Part shown: positions 47,795-58,001 of the stretch, in pieces
How the letters are laid out: each line of letters begins with the position of its first letter
Numbering within the stretch: the stretch's first letter is position 1
Virus record (IMG/VR): IMGVR_UViG_3300037247_001602
Location: 1-64,000 of that record
Length of the DNA: 64,000 nucleotides
Reading direction: 5' to 3' (one strand)
Source of the DNA: a virus
The notes under the pieces: generated by a model
Databases searched by the model: none
Told to the model about the DNA's origin: nothing
What the model saw: the letters and a program-made list of their open reading frames with translations, nothing else
Program-made: the position numbers and the translations under genes

Positions 47795-49802
47795 TTTGGA
47801 CAGAATGCTTCTCATGCTCTCTGGCGATACACTTCAAGAGAAAATCGCGCAGTCAATCGTTGCGCCCACGCTTCAAGATACCAAAATCGAAACGGAGAAG
47901 ATCGAACCAGGTCCAGGATTGAAAGAGGGCGTCCAGCTTACCCCGGCACAGATTGATTTCTCTAGATTCATCGCAGACCGTCGTGGGATCGGAATCGCTG
48001 CTTGGAAACCTGGCGCCGGAAAGACACTTGGTACAATCGCTGCATTCCTGAATCTGAGGGCTCGGGGAGAGGCCAAGAAGGCAATCGTACTTGTTCCCGC
48101 TTCATTGCGAGTGAACTTTGCTGAAGGAGGCGTCACTAAATTCACAGATGCCCAATATGGAATCATCGGGAACAAACAAGAAGCCGCATCTTTCGCCGAC
48201 ATGGATGTTGAGCGCATGGGAGAGAAGGATTTTTATATCATCTCCCATGATATGTTTAGGGCTAACTCCGATTATTATTTGCAGAAAACCGGCGCCGATA
48301 CGGTCATCATGGATGAAATGCACCGTGTCAAAGATCCGCAATCCGTATTAAATGACGTAATCGAAAAGGTTGGCCCTACTGTCCGGAATTTCATCGGCGC
48401 TACAGCAACGCCAGCAATGAATAAGCCCTTCGAGGCGATCGAGCTGAAAAATGTAATCAGTTCTCCCGAGGAACGATTCACGGAGAAGCAATTTACGCAA
48501 GCATTCATCGAGCGCGCTCCAAGAGATTTCTGGGAAAGAGTCCGAAGCTTGTTCGGAGGTAAACGCACCGGAGAGATCAAAGGATTCAAACGAAGGAAAG
48601 AGTTAGCCGAGCTGTTAGGTCGAACATTCCATTTTGCCGACCCTAAAGTTAAAGGGATGCCGAAGAAAGACGTTCAAATCATCGAAGTTCCGATGACCCC
48701 TACTCAGGAACAGAATTATCACGCGATCTTGAAGAAGAAACTGAACAGGCGCGAGCAACAGATTCTACGAGAGGGACAACTTTATCCTGATCGTGAAATG
48801 ATCAAGATCCTCAACAAGGCCATGGCGACGCGCCAGCTATCAAACAACGCCAGGTGGGTTGAGGGCGATTTGCCAGAAAGAGCGGGAGCCGAAACGCCCA
48901 AAATACTGAGAATGACGAGAGACATTGAAGATCATATTAAGAGGCGACCTGATGCACAGATCATCATCGCATCGAACTTTGTTGGGTCTGGCGCGAAACT
49001 TATGGAGGCCATGCTCAAGCAGAGGGGTATATCATTCGGGAAATACTACGGGAAAGGCCAGGAGGGAATAACAGGGGAAACGAGAGAACAGGCGATCAAG
49101 AACTATAACGCCGGCAAAGTCAAGGTTATGCTCATGACCGGCGCTGGCGCCGAGGGGCTGGATCTTCCGAATACGACGATGCACCTGACGATGGACCCCC
49201 ACTATAATCCCGAGAGAATCACTCAGCAAGAGGCTAGAGGAATCCGTCGTGGCGGGCAGGCTCATATTCCTCCCGAGAAGCGCAAAGTGATCGTGAAGCG
49301 CTATATATCAGTTCCCAGACAGGGATTCTCGATCGAGCGATCTATCTACCAGATCGCCGCAAAGAAGAAGGCCTTAGTCGATCAGCTAAAGCAGATCGGA
49401 TTGGAAGCCCAGCAGGAGAGAGCGAGAAGAGATCCTGGACGCAGAAGGGCATTGGCCTTATTCTCTAGGCGCCAGCAGAAGCCTCAATTACCCCAGGAGC
49501 CTGAGCGTCCCAAGCAGCCCATGATGAAAGCCGCTGGGAACGGGGGATATCTGAATGCTCGTGGTAATTTCGATGAGCACACAGTCCGATTAATCGGTGG
49601 ATCTCAGGCCGCATTCAATGTGGATTCAGGGGATACAATCGATCGAAAGTTCCATGCGCAAACTCGACTTGGGAAGTGGAGCAAGCGGAGAAAATCAACC
49701 TTGACGGGCAAGGAGCAGGCCCGGATGCGATTTACCGGGAAGACGGAAGGTAACCTAGGCCCGAACGAAAATGCCCAGCCGATAACACGAGTAGGCTACT
49801 GA
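47775..49802 (+). CDS. SNF2-family (SF2) helicase
   Basis: PGAGKT, MDEMH, TATP, GAEGLDL, YNPERITQQEARGIR. Confidence 0.85.
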   Translation: MAVSQNSLDRMLLMLSGDTLQEKIAQSIVAPTLQDTKIETEKIEPGPGLKEGVQLTPAQIDFSRFIADRRGIGIAAWKPGAGKTLGTIAAFLNLRARGEAKKAIVLVPASLRVNFAEGGVTKFTDAQYGIIGNKQEAASFADMDVERMGEKDFYIISHDMFRANSDYYLQKTGADTVIMDEMHRVKDPQSVLNDVIEKVGPTVRNFIGATATPAMNKPFEAIELKNVISSPEERFTEKQFTQAFIERAPRDFWERVRSLFGGKRTGEIKGFKRRKELAELLGRTFHFADPKVKGMPKKDVQIIEVPMTPTQEQNYHAILKKKLNRREQQILREGQLYPDREMIKILNKAMATRQLSNNARWVEGDLPERAGAETPKILRMTRDIEDHIKRRPDAQIIIASNFVGSGAKLMEAMLKQRGISFGKYYGKGQEGITGETREQAIKNYNAGKVKVMLMTGAGAEGLDLPNTTMHLTMDPHYNPERITQQEARGIRRGGQAHIPPEKRKVIVKRYISVPRQGFSIERSIYQIAAKKKALVDQLKQIGLEAQQERARRDPGRRRALALFSRRQQKPQLPQEPERPKQPMMKAAGNGGYLNARGNFDEHTVRLIGGSQAAFNVDSGDTIDRKFHAQTRLGKWSKRRKSTLTGKEQARMRFTGKTEGNLGPNENAQPITRVGY

Positions 49803-50542
49803 TGCTGATTGAGAAGATAGCTGTTTTTGGGGTCCGCGCTCAGGCACAAGTGCTGAAAGCCTTCAAGCGCAGGGCGCTACCTAAACAATGGTATCGTAGG
49901 GTGGGCAAACCTTTAGTAGGCGTTGAGGGCCCTATAGGGGCTGCGTCGGAATTAGAAATGAAAAGAGCAACGAGAGCTGCCAACATGTTTGCTCCCATTC
50001 TTGGAGTGCCTCGCCTGAAATATGTAACTGCTCCGCACATTGGAAAAGCCTGGACTGCTGGAAAAGGAGATACTGTAACCCAACTAACCAATTTCGTGTC
50101 TAAACATCGTCCTTCACGCGGAAAAACCTTAAGATCAATTGTTAAGACCATGAAACCTGAAGATCGGAAAGCGGTCAATGCGATCATTAAGGCTCATGAA
50201 CTAGATGAACTTAATATACCTCTGAAACTACGCGAGAAAGGATATTTGGGCGCACTTGAACATTCTGGATTTGAAGTCATGTTTAGAGAAAGCAATAGAG
50301 TCAGGGCGCTTCCAAAAAGAATGAAGGCGGCTAAAACATTCATGAAAGAACTTCATCGGGGAACTACGGATGAACTTGCACTGAAGCCGGTTCCCGGATT
50401 CAGATATGGAGAGACAAAAATAAACAGATCGGCCAGGCGAAGGGCAATGGCTATTATTGTTAGGCATGATGAGGCCATACTAGAAGATTATTCAAAATGG
50501 AGCGCATATATAAAGAAGCTTACGGAGATAAAAAAGAGTTAG
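49802..50542 (+). CDS. Basic protein with N-terminal IEKIA
   Basis: MLIEKIA; HELDE segment. Confidence 0.55.
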   Translation: MLIEKIAVFGVRAQAQVLKAFKRRALPKQWYRRVGKPLVGVEGPIGAASELEMKRATRAANMFAPILGVPRLKYVTAPHIGKAWTAGKGDTVTQLTNFVSKHRPSRGKTLRSIVKTMKPEDRKAVNAIIKAHELDELNIPLKLREKGYLGALEHSGFEVMFRESNRVRALPKRMKAAKTFMKELHRGTTDELALKPVPGFRYGETKINRSARRRAMAIIVRHDEAILEDYSKWSAYIKKLTEIKKS

Positions 50543-50584
50543 ACTAGAAGCATATTTGGAGAGAGTGATTTAGAGGATGGGTGC

Positions 50585-52006
50585 ATGAACTTTATCGAGA
50601 AAATAGCAAGGCGCAAACGCAAGAAGAAGGAATTTGCGCCTGGACTTCCCAGAAGAGAGCAGACGACGAATCCTCCCGTCACAGAAAAGCCGAAAATATG
50701 GGCTTCTGTTATTCAGCGACACGACGCCAGGCGAGCCGGAACTCATTTTGATTTCCGTCTTGGCGATCTAGAGACTGGGATAGGCCACTCCTGGGCGATG
50801 CGTAAGCTTCCTGGACCTGGCGAGAAAGTCCTGGCTATCCAACAGCCCGATCATACGATCCCCTATTTCAAATTCACAGGCGAGATCCCTGTCGGTTATG
50901 GCGCCGGCGAAGTAGGGCGCCACAGCCTGCTCGACGCAGAGGTATTGGAATCCGATAAGAATCGTGTCATTTTCAACCGCTATGACGGGCGCGATACGCA
51001 CGAATACGTCCTTCGCCGAATGGACGACAAGCATTGGCTCCTCATCAATCGCACTCCAACAGCCAAGTCAGAACCAATGCCTGAATCCAAGCCCAAATAC
51101 AAAGAGATCAAGCCCGGCCAGGTTGATCCGAAGGCCCCAGGCAGATGGGATGCCAAGATCGACGGTGCGTCTCTGAACTATGTCATCCATGATGGCAAGC
51201 CTATTCGGGCTTTCTCGTATCGCCGCAGTAGGCGAGGGCCGGCCCTGATCCAGCATACGCAACGAATTCCTACTCTACAGGGCGAGAAGGCACCCAAAGG
51301 GTACAAGAGGACGATCCTGAGAGGTGAAGTCTGGGCCACGAATCCCAAGACGAAGAAGGCGATTGAAGCACGGGAACTGGGAGCCTTATTGAATTCTCAT
51401 GTGCTGAGATCACGCAGGCTTCAGGAATCGAAAGGAAAACTTAAGAATATTATCTTCGACATTGTCATGCACAAAGGCAAGAATGTCGAAGGATTGCCTA
51501 CGGAAGAAAAGCGCCGCCTGATCGACGAGGTGATCAAAGATTCCAGATTCAAGGGAATATTCGAGAAGCCGTCTTCTGCCACGACACCTTCTGCGAAAAT
51601 GAAACTCTTCGAGAAGATCCGCAAGAAACAACACAAACAAACGAAGGAAGGAGTCATCATCCATTCCCCTGAAGGCGTGATGACGAAAGTGAAATTCAAA
51701 CCCGAATGGGACGTTGAGATCTCCGGCATCTTCACGAAGCCTAAATCAAAGGCCAAGGGGCAAGCGGGAGGATTCACCTATCGCAAGCTAGATGGCAAGA
51801 GGATAAGCAGGCTGTCCCGTGTAGGAACAGGATTCAGTCGCAAATTACGCGAAGCGATGTATGAGAATCCGGAAGACTTTGTCGGCGTAGTAGCCAAAGT
51901 CACAGGGATGGAGCAGTATCCTTCTGGCGCGATCCGCACCCCTTCTTTCGTTGGATGGCATTTAGATAAGAACGAGCCGGCCATGATTCCGGAGATCAAA
52001 AAGTGA
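50585..52006 (+). CDS. LigD 3'-phosphoesterase domain fused to ATP-dependent DNA ligase
   Basis: VIQRHDARRAGTHFDFRL..HSWA (PE domain); KIDG, RGE, IFDI, EGVII, KVK, VGTGFS (ligase + OB). Confidence 0.8.
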   Translation: MNFIEKIARRKRKKKEFAPGLPRREQTTNPPVTEKPKIWASVIQRHDARRAGTHFDFRLGDLETGIGHSWAMRKLPGPGEKVLAIQQPDHTIPYFKFTGEIPVGYGAGEVGRHSLLDAEVLESDKNRVIFNRYDGRDTHEYVLRRMDDKHWLLINRTPTAKSEPMPESKPKYKEIKPGQVDPKAPGRWDAKIDGASLNYVIHDGKPIRAFSYRRSRRGPALIQHTQRIPTLQGEKAPKGYKRTILRGEVWATNPKTKKAIEARELGALLNSHVLRSRRLQESKGKLKNIIFDIVMHKGKNVEGLPTEEKRRLIDEVIKDSRFKGIFEKPSSATTPSAKMKLFEKIRKKQHKQTKEGVIIHSPEGVMTKVKFKPEWDVEISGIFTKPKSKAKGQAGGFTYRKLDGKRISRLSRVGTGFSRKLREAMYENPEDFVGVVAKVTGMEQYPSGAIRTPSFVGWHLDKNEPAMIPEIKK

Positions 52007-52176
52007 CCATCATCGAAAAGATCGCTCAAATCGGGGGTCTCCGAGCCATGGGGCACGGAGCCAGGATGAAGGCAGTGAAAGCCTTCCTCAGAAGTATAGG
52101 CAAGCAGCCGAAGAAGAGGACACTGATTGAAAGGTTGGCCAGAATTCAGAGGCAACTTCCCCAGCCTGCAGGCTAA
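52003..52176 (+). CDS. 57-aa basic protein with IEKIA (not in ORF track)
   Basis: GTG overlapping ligase stop; MTIIEKIAQIGG... Confidence 0.55.
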   Translation: MTIIEKIAQIGGLRAMGHGARMKAVKAFLRSIGKQPKKRTLIERLARIQRQLPQPAG

Positions 52177-52238
52177 AGCAAGCCGGCTTACTGCAAGCAA
52201 GGCGCGATATGAAACTTATACCGGAACCATCTTGAATG

Positions 52239-52266
52239 TTGACAATTGTAGCACATGAGGTAGAAT
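52239..52266 (+). promoter_or_regulatory. Sigma70-like promoter TTGACA-16-TAGAAT
   Basis: Intergenic, 8 nt before ATG 52275. Confidence 0.6.
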
Positions 52267-52274
52267 CCTAACCT

Positions 52275-53390
52275 ATGGCAACGCCGCTACATACAGCGCA
52301 GAGATTCGGATCGGATCGCCCGACTGAAGATCCGTACAATCAGTCGGCTACGCCGTTCCTGGAAGGGATTATCCGTGATGTGGATTCCGAGAAGTGGACA
52401 TGTGAGGTTAAGACACTAGGCCTGGATCAGTCCCTCCAAGATGTCCGGATCATGTCGCCATATTTTAATTTTACGAATGGCCATGGAATGTTCCAAATTC
52501 CAGAAATCGGCTCAATGTGCGTGGTTAGTCGCACGCAGTCTGATTGGTTCGTTGTCGGTTTCATACCGCCTTCCGATGTGGATGATACTGAAGGTACGGA
52601 ATCAGATGAGGCCACGACAGGCAGCCAGAACCTATCAGAGCCCTTCCTGGGCCAGGTAGCGGCCATTCAGAGCCGGCTACTAAAGCAAGAGCAAGGGGGA
52701 AACGGAATACCCAAACGGCACTCATTCAGATCTAACCGCGAAGGAGATATGATCCCTGGAGACGGATGCCTGAAAAGCCGGGCCGGAAATAAATTCAAAT
52801 GGTTTACAAATGGGAATCTTCTGGCCGAAGCATCGAAACTCTGCCAGAGAATATGGTCCCGATTGCAGAATCAGATCATAGATATTGCCGCCCGTTACAG
52901 TCTGCTCACTCCTGGAGTCCAGAAAGAGATCACCGTCTCTGATGAAACGCGGGAAGTCCTTGAGACGATTAAAGTTAGAAGAAAGACAGATGACGATACG
53001 CCGCAGATACAAATCAAGAGAGGATTCATCAATGGCCAAGAAGTCTATGAATTTATCGTTCAGGACAATAGCGGCGTAAAACACAGAATCACCATTGGGA
53101 CCGATGGTGAGCGCCTAGTCACAATTGGAGATCCCTCTTTCCCGGCAGTTAAGATTGAATCGAAACCATCAGGTGAGTATAATCTCACCGCGACTACAGC
53201 GGTCAAAGTAGACGCTCCAAGCGTCATCGTAGGCGTGACAGGAGCCGAGGACTTTCTCGTGAAACTGAGTTCCTTGCTCGTCAAGTACAACGCTCATACG
53301 CATAATGGGAATTTGGGGGCTCCGACTGGGCCAGTTCTTTCTGGTATCCTTGATAGTTCAGATGGAACGACAAAGCTGAGAGGCGGATAG
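52275..53390 (+). CDS. Baseplate spike / gpV-gp5-like puncturing protein
   Basis: N-terminal OB-like (PEIGSMCVV), C-terminal YNAHTH (HxH) tip. Confidence 0.7.
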   Translation: MATPLHTAQRFGSDRPTEDPYNQSATPFLEGIIRDVDSEKWTCEVKTLGLDQSLQDVRIMSPYFNFTNGHGMFQIPEIGSMCVVSRTQSDWFVVGFIPPSDVDDTEGTESDEATTGSQNLSEPFLGQVAAIQSRLLKQEQGGNGIPKRHSFRSNREGDMIPGDGCLKSRAGNKFKWFTNGNLLAEASKLCQRIWSRLQNQIIDIAARYSLLTPGVQKEITVSDETREVLETIKVRRKTDDDTPQIQIKRGFINGQEVYEFIVQDNSGVKHRITIGTDGERLVTIGDPSFPAVKIESKPSGEYNLTATTAVKVDAPSVIVGVTGAEDFLVKLSSLLVKYNAHTHNGNLGAPTGPVLSGILDSSDGTTKLRGG

Positions 53391-53399
53391 GAGAAAATC

Positions 53400-55310
53400 A
53401 TGGATCTTTTCATCGAGACTCCGACTTTCGAGAAGACTGCATCGATCAAACTCTCGGAAGATATAAACGAGTGGCCTATACAGATCACTCAGCATCTTCA
53501 CGAAGAACATCCCTATCTCGTGGATGAATCATCGGAGGTCATCATCAAGAGATCCGATGCTCTTCGCGGCTACGGATATGGATTCGTGAAGATCGGAGAA
53601 AACGTGCGCGTGCCAGTTATCGTGAATCAATACGAGATGAGTCCCCTGGATGTTTGGCTTGATAAGAAGGGACTGGCCCATGTCCTCGATGAAGATGCTG
53701 TCAGAGGAGCAACTCAGTCAACGACACTCGGCAAGGCTATCAAGCAACAGACCGATGGCTATGTCGATTCGCTGATCTACAGCAGAACCTATCCGCCCTA
53801 TGACGGCAAGTACGTATATGCTGCCGCCAACCACGAAACAGAAATAGCTGTCCACCCACGCCCATATGTTTCAGTTCTGTCCTCGATTCCGATGACGCCA
53901 GAGGAAAGGAAGGTTAACTTCGAGAAGCTGGCCCAATCCGTCGTGGCTGGATTTCATGCGAATGGAACGGACGTGACAGTTCTTAAACCATGGCTCTCAG
54001 ACGGATTCGAGAAGGTCGCCGCTGAACGGGACAAGCGTGCGAGCCCTATTGGAGCCTATTGCTCTGAGGATGCACCGATTCCCGATGCGATCATCAAGGA
54101 AGACATGAATACGGGCGATCCTCAGGTCGCCGACTCGTATGGTGACTACTTATGCGAAGGCAAGTCCGGAGAAAGATACATCGGTCACGTTTTTCCCCAT
54201 GTATACGATTTTGATCTCAAGCCCGTCGATCTTGCGATCTTCAAAGGCCGGTGGCAGCCGGATGTGAAACCAGGAGCAAGGTATCCAGTCGGACCAAAGA
54301 TATGCTCCTCTGTCCAGGCCAGAATCGCCGGAATTAAGCTTCCAAAGAGCAGGAAACTACATGACGATCACGCCCGCTCGAATGAGCGCGGATTCTTCGT
54401 CAAAGAGAAGGGAGAGGCCGCAGTCGCCCTCATCCCCGTCACTATCCTGTCCGTGGCTCGGTCAAGAGAGCATCACGAGACGAAAAGAGAAAACGAGACT
54501 TATGACCGCCGAATCAAGATTGAAACAGATTATGAGATCACGAAATTCTATTGCAAGACCGATCTCGGCGAGGCGGTCACGATTGTGAAGTCGCCTAATA
54601 CGACCGATGTGAAGCGGTCTGGATCGACAGTCTTCATCCCTGGATCGATGATCTTTTGCCGGCTAGAGACGCCGATCACGCTGAAAGAAGACCCGGAGAT
54701 GATCAAGAAGGCTGCCCTGGCTGACTATGGCGTCAATGATATGAGGGTGAACCATATCGATGGCGTTTTCTCGTTCCACGGAACGAATGTGGATGGCTAT
54801 GAACTCCAAGCCGGCGTGCCAGAGAAAGAGGCGAGAGACTTTCTGGAACAAACGTGGACGAAGGAGGCTTCGGAGAAGATCATCAAGCGTGCCCAGCAGG
54901 GCAAGCCAGGAATCGCAACGACTATTCATGTCGCAATCGCGCCTCCTAAATTTGAAAAGACAGCTTCGGATCACATTGTCGAAGTGAATGAAGAGGGGGT
55001 TGTCCTCACAGATCCGGAAGCGTTTGCGTTGAGGCTCCAGTATCTCACGCGGGATTTCGATAAGATTGCGGCAACGCTCCAAGATTCAGGACTCGTGGAT
55101 TCCGTCTTGAGTCTGAAATTCATCAACAAAGAGAACATTGACAAATATGCTGAATTCGCTCCTCAGTTCGAAGAAGCCGTGAACCACTTGGCTGATTTGC
55201 TGATCGCATCTCGCGTCGGCCTTCAGATTCAGGAAGAAGCCGTCAAGACGGCCATGAAGAACATGGCCATCGTTGTGCGTGAGCTAAAGACGCTGAAAGG
55301 GATCAAATGA
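53400..55310 (+). CDS. Virion protein with repeated F-E/D-K-x-A motifs
   Basis: FEKTA x2, FEKLA, FEKVA, FDKIA. Confidence 0.55.
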   Translation: MDLFIETPTFEKTASIKLSEDINEWPIQITQHLHEEHPYLVDESSEVIIKRSDALRGYGYGFVKIGENVRVPVIVNQYEMSPLDVWLDKKGLAHVLDEDAVRGATQSTTLGKAIKQQTDGYVDSLIYSRTYPPYDGKYVYAAANHETEIAVHPRPYVSVLSSIPMTPEERKVNFEKLAQSVVAGFHANGTDVTVLKPWLSDGFEKVAAERDKRASPIGAYCSEDAPIPDAIIKEDMNTGDPQVADSYGDYLCEGKSGERYIGHVFPHVYDFDLKPVDLAIFKGRWQPDVKPGARYPVGPKICSSVQARIAGIKLPKSRKLHDDHARSNERGFFVKEKGEAAVALIPVTILSVARSREHHETKRENETYDRRIKIETDYEITKFYCKTDLGEAVTIVKSPNTTDVKRSGSTVFIPGSMIFCRLETPITLKEDPEMIKKAALADYGVNDMRVNHIDGVFSFHGTNVDGYELQAGVPEKEARDFLEQTWTKEASEKIIKRAQQGKPGIATTIHVAIAPPKFEKTASDHIVEVNEEGVVLTDPEAFALRLQYLTRDFDKIAATLQDSGLVDSVLSLKFINKENIDKYAEFAPQFEEAVNHLADLLIASRVGLQIQEEAVKTAMKNMAIVVRELKTLKGIK

Positions 55311-55960
55311 CCACAGGAACCTTAGCCACACCCGTTAATTCACTTACAGAATGTCAGACCGCTGGAGCAAATAGCTCTATACCCCCAATGCCAACGTTTG
55401 TCGGTCATGATTATACAGTGGTGGAGAGCACAACGACGGCAGGTACATCAGAGCAGATTGTTAGCCACCCAGCCGCCTTTCCTTCCGTCGTAAATACACC
55501 TATCGTGATGCCGAGTCCTATATACTCCGCTCCTTCGTATGGCGGACAGTTTAATGCTGGACAATCCAAGGGAGACCTGATTCTAGAGCGCTTGGCCGAA
55601 TTTGATTCAGGGAAGATTCATGAGTTCATCCGAAGGAACCGCAAGACAATCACTAGCCTGGAAGAGATGATTGTCAATCTTCTTAAAGATGCCGATCTCA
55701 TGGCCTATGAGATCTTGAAGCCTCTGATGGTGGCCAAGGATGAGGCCTATAATATGATCAAATACGCACTGCACACTTTAGAGCAGCGCTGCGCGCCCGT
55801 TAATGATCTTCAGCCGGTGGTAGCGCAGGAATTCCGGGTTGAATTGTCAAATGAGGACTGTGCCCGGATAACGGAAACTATAGCTGCTGGAAGTAAAGCA
55901 GTAAGCGTGAGTTGCGCTAATTCAACATATATTCACCCTCGCATAGTAGCTGGTAGTTGA
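55307..55960 (+). CDS. Hypothetical protein
   Basis: ATGA overlap. Confidence 0.5.
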   Translation: MTTGTLATPVNSLTECQTAGANSSIPPMPTFVGHDYTVVESTTTAGTSEQIVSHPAAFPSVVNTPIVMPSPIYSAPSYGGQFNAGQSKGDLILERLAEFDSGKIHEFIRRNRKTITSLEEMIVNLLKDADLMAYEILKPLMVAKDEAYNMIKYALHTLEQRCAPVNDLQPVVAQEFRVELSNEDCARITETIAAGSKAVSVSCANSTYIHPRIVAGS

Positions 55961-55979
55961 CAAGAAGGAGGACGCAGGT

Positions 55980-56171
55980 ATGGCGACGATTATAGGCACT
56001 CAAACATCCGAGACCCCCAAAGATAAGACTGTAACCCTGAAAGGAGAGGCGGTCCTGAATCCTGCGGACGCAGCATTACAGATCGATATTCCTATCGATC
56101 ATCAGGCTCCAACCGGAAGGCGACTGAAAGTATCGTGGACAGTCACGATTCTTGAAGAGGATAATACTTAG
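55980..56171 (+). CDS. Hypothetical protein
   Basis: AGGAGG RBS. Confidence 0.55.
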   Translation: MATIIGTQTSETPKDKTVTLKGEAVLNPADAALQIDIPIDHQAPTGRRLKVSWTVTILEEDNT

Positions 56172-56641
56172 TGAGGGTTATTGAGAAAATCGCTGATGCA
56201 CCGAAGGCAAAGAAGAATCTCCAAGGCTCTCTTCCGAAGACCTGGGGAGTTCTCTATGCACATCCAAATCCAGACGGGTCCCGCAAGAAGTGCGACAATT
56301 GCATGATGTTTATTTCTGGCGAGAAGCAATGCGAAATCCATGATATAAACATTGTCGTTACGAAAGAGGATGTTTGTGGCTACCATGTTTACGGCAAGAC
56401 GCATCCCAAGCGGATGCACAAGCCTGACAATGTTCACCTTCAGGCCGTGGACCCGAAGCATAGCGGACTGGCGAAAGTCCCTGGCGGGACTTCGTGCGGC
56501 ACATGTGAATACTTTAAGAACTCGAAGAACGGGAAGGGGACGTGCATCGTTGTCCAGGAAGGGGTTGGAGAGGATGAATCGACGGGCAAGCTAGCCACTG
56601 TTGAAGCACTTGGATGTTGCGCAAGATGGAAATCCAAATGA
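56171..56641 (+). CDS. IEKIA protein with two HiPIP-like Cys clusters
   Basis: CDNCMMF..C..VCGYH and CGTCEYF..C..GCCARW. Confidence 0.5.
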   Translation: MRVIEKIADAPKAKKNLQGSLPKTWGVLYAHPNPDGSRKKCDNCMMFISGEKQCEIHDINIVVTKEDVCGYHVYGKTHPKRMHKPDNVHLQAVDPKHSGLAKVPGGTSCGTCEYFKNSKNGKGTCIVVQEGVGEDESTGKLATVEALGCCARWKSK

Positions 56642-57214
56642 GAAGCCAGACTAGGACGATTTTGAGCAAAAGGGGTGAACATCTCAATGCCCTTGCATTA
56701 AGGCGGAAAATAGTTGCCTTACAAGAACGGGGCACCTTGGGAATCAGAATCTTCTTGTTCCTCATCAATGAGGATCTAGAGCCAGACGCCAGAGAACAGA
56801 TGGACCTTGCTCTGGTTCTCGCCAAACAGCGTTTCAATAAACACACGCATGTCAGCAGATGGCCTGGACTGCGCGGCCCGTACAGCGACTTCGGTAGGAG
56901 AAGGAGGCTCATCGGAGCGAAGGCATGAACAGCATTATATCTACATTTGGTCTTTCTACTAGCAATCCAGCTAGTGCACTATTGCAAAGAGCCCTACACG
57001 TAATCGAAAGCCAAGCCTATGAAGACCAGATGAGATATTATAGATTTAGAGACTTGACGAACAAGGACTACACTAGAGTTGTTTCGCGCGCCGAATCCAT
57101 ATCCGCCCCGAGAAACCTGGGCAAACGAATCCTCCAGTTCCTCTACTTCTAGCGGTATAAGAGCCCTACAGTTGGTTTTAGAAGGAGTCCTGAAGGAAAT
57201 TGTGGGAGACCGGC

Positions 57215-57631
57215 ATGACACTCGGAGAGAGAATCACCGATTTTTACTATTGGGATTATGTTCAACCACATGTAGACAAGTGTATCAAAAGGGCGGCGAA
57301 AGATGGATTTCGCCCAATGCCCCTTACAGAAGAGAAGAAATTCTACAATGACCCAGCGTTCAGAGTCACAATGGCAATGCCGAGATTATCGATCCGGATT
57401 ATTCTACAAATGATGCATCGAGAGCAAGGCGAATATTACTACGACAATGTCACCATCATCTTCTTCGAACAGGTCATGACGGCTCTATATATTCTGGAAG
57501 GCTTACGCGCCTGGTGCTGCCATCGAGGCGAGGACATTCCTATGATCGGGACAGATAAGAAACAACGAATGGCTGAATGGATAGAATGGGGTAAGCAAAG
57601 AGGCTACATCCATGACGAATCTCTTGTATAA
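57215..57631 (+). CDS. Hypothetical protein
   Basis: GGAG before ATG 57215; GGTATAAG at 57154. Confidence 0.5.
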   Translation: MTLGERITDFYYWDYVQPHVDKCIKRAAKDGFRPMPLTEEKKFYNDPAFRVTMAMPRLSIRIILQMMHREQGEYYYDNVTIIFFEQVMTALYILEGLRAWCCHRGEDIPMIGTDKKQRMAEWIEWGKQRGYIHDESLV

Positions 57632-58001
57632 TACGCCTTTCCCTCAGGGAGGGTTGGCGATGAGAGCATCAGATCATCTTCTCATGGCTGAGTTTATGAC
57701 CTTAGCGGAGAAGTGGGTTGAGGAAACTAAGGATATAAAGAATACCGAGAAGTACTTCGATCGGAATTATGCCAAAATCGTTGAAATGGGAGATCGGATA
57801 ATTCCCATTCTTCTCGATGAGATTGTGGGAGAATTGGGAATGTCGAAAGGAGAACCCAGCAAATGGTTTTGGGCACTCAAGTTGATCACAGGAGATAATC
57901 CAGTTCCTGAGCGGTTCAGGAACAAGCCTAAAAAGGCTGCATCATGTTGGTTACATTGGGGAAAGACTCATGGATTCGAAACAGAATTCCCAGAAGACTG
58001 A
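57612..58001 (+). CDS. Hypothetical protein
   Basis: ORF with WFWALKLITGDNPV. Confidence 0.5.
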   Translation: MTNLLYNTPFPQGGLAMRASDHLLMAEFMTLAEKWVEETKDIKNTEKYFDRNYAKIVEMGDRIIPILLDEIVGELGMSKGEPSKWFWALKLITGDNPVPERFRNKPKKAASCWLHWGKTHGFETEFPED

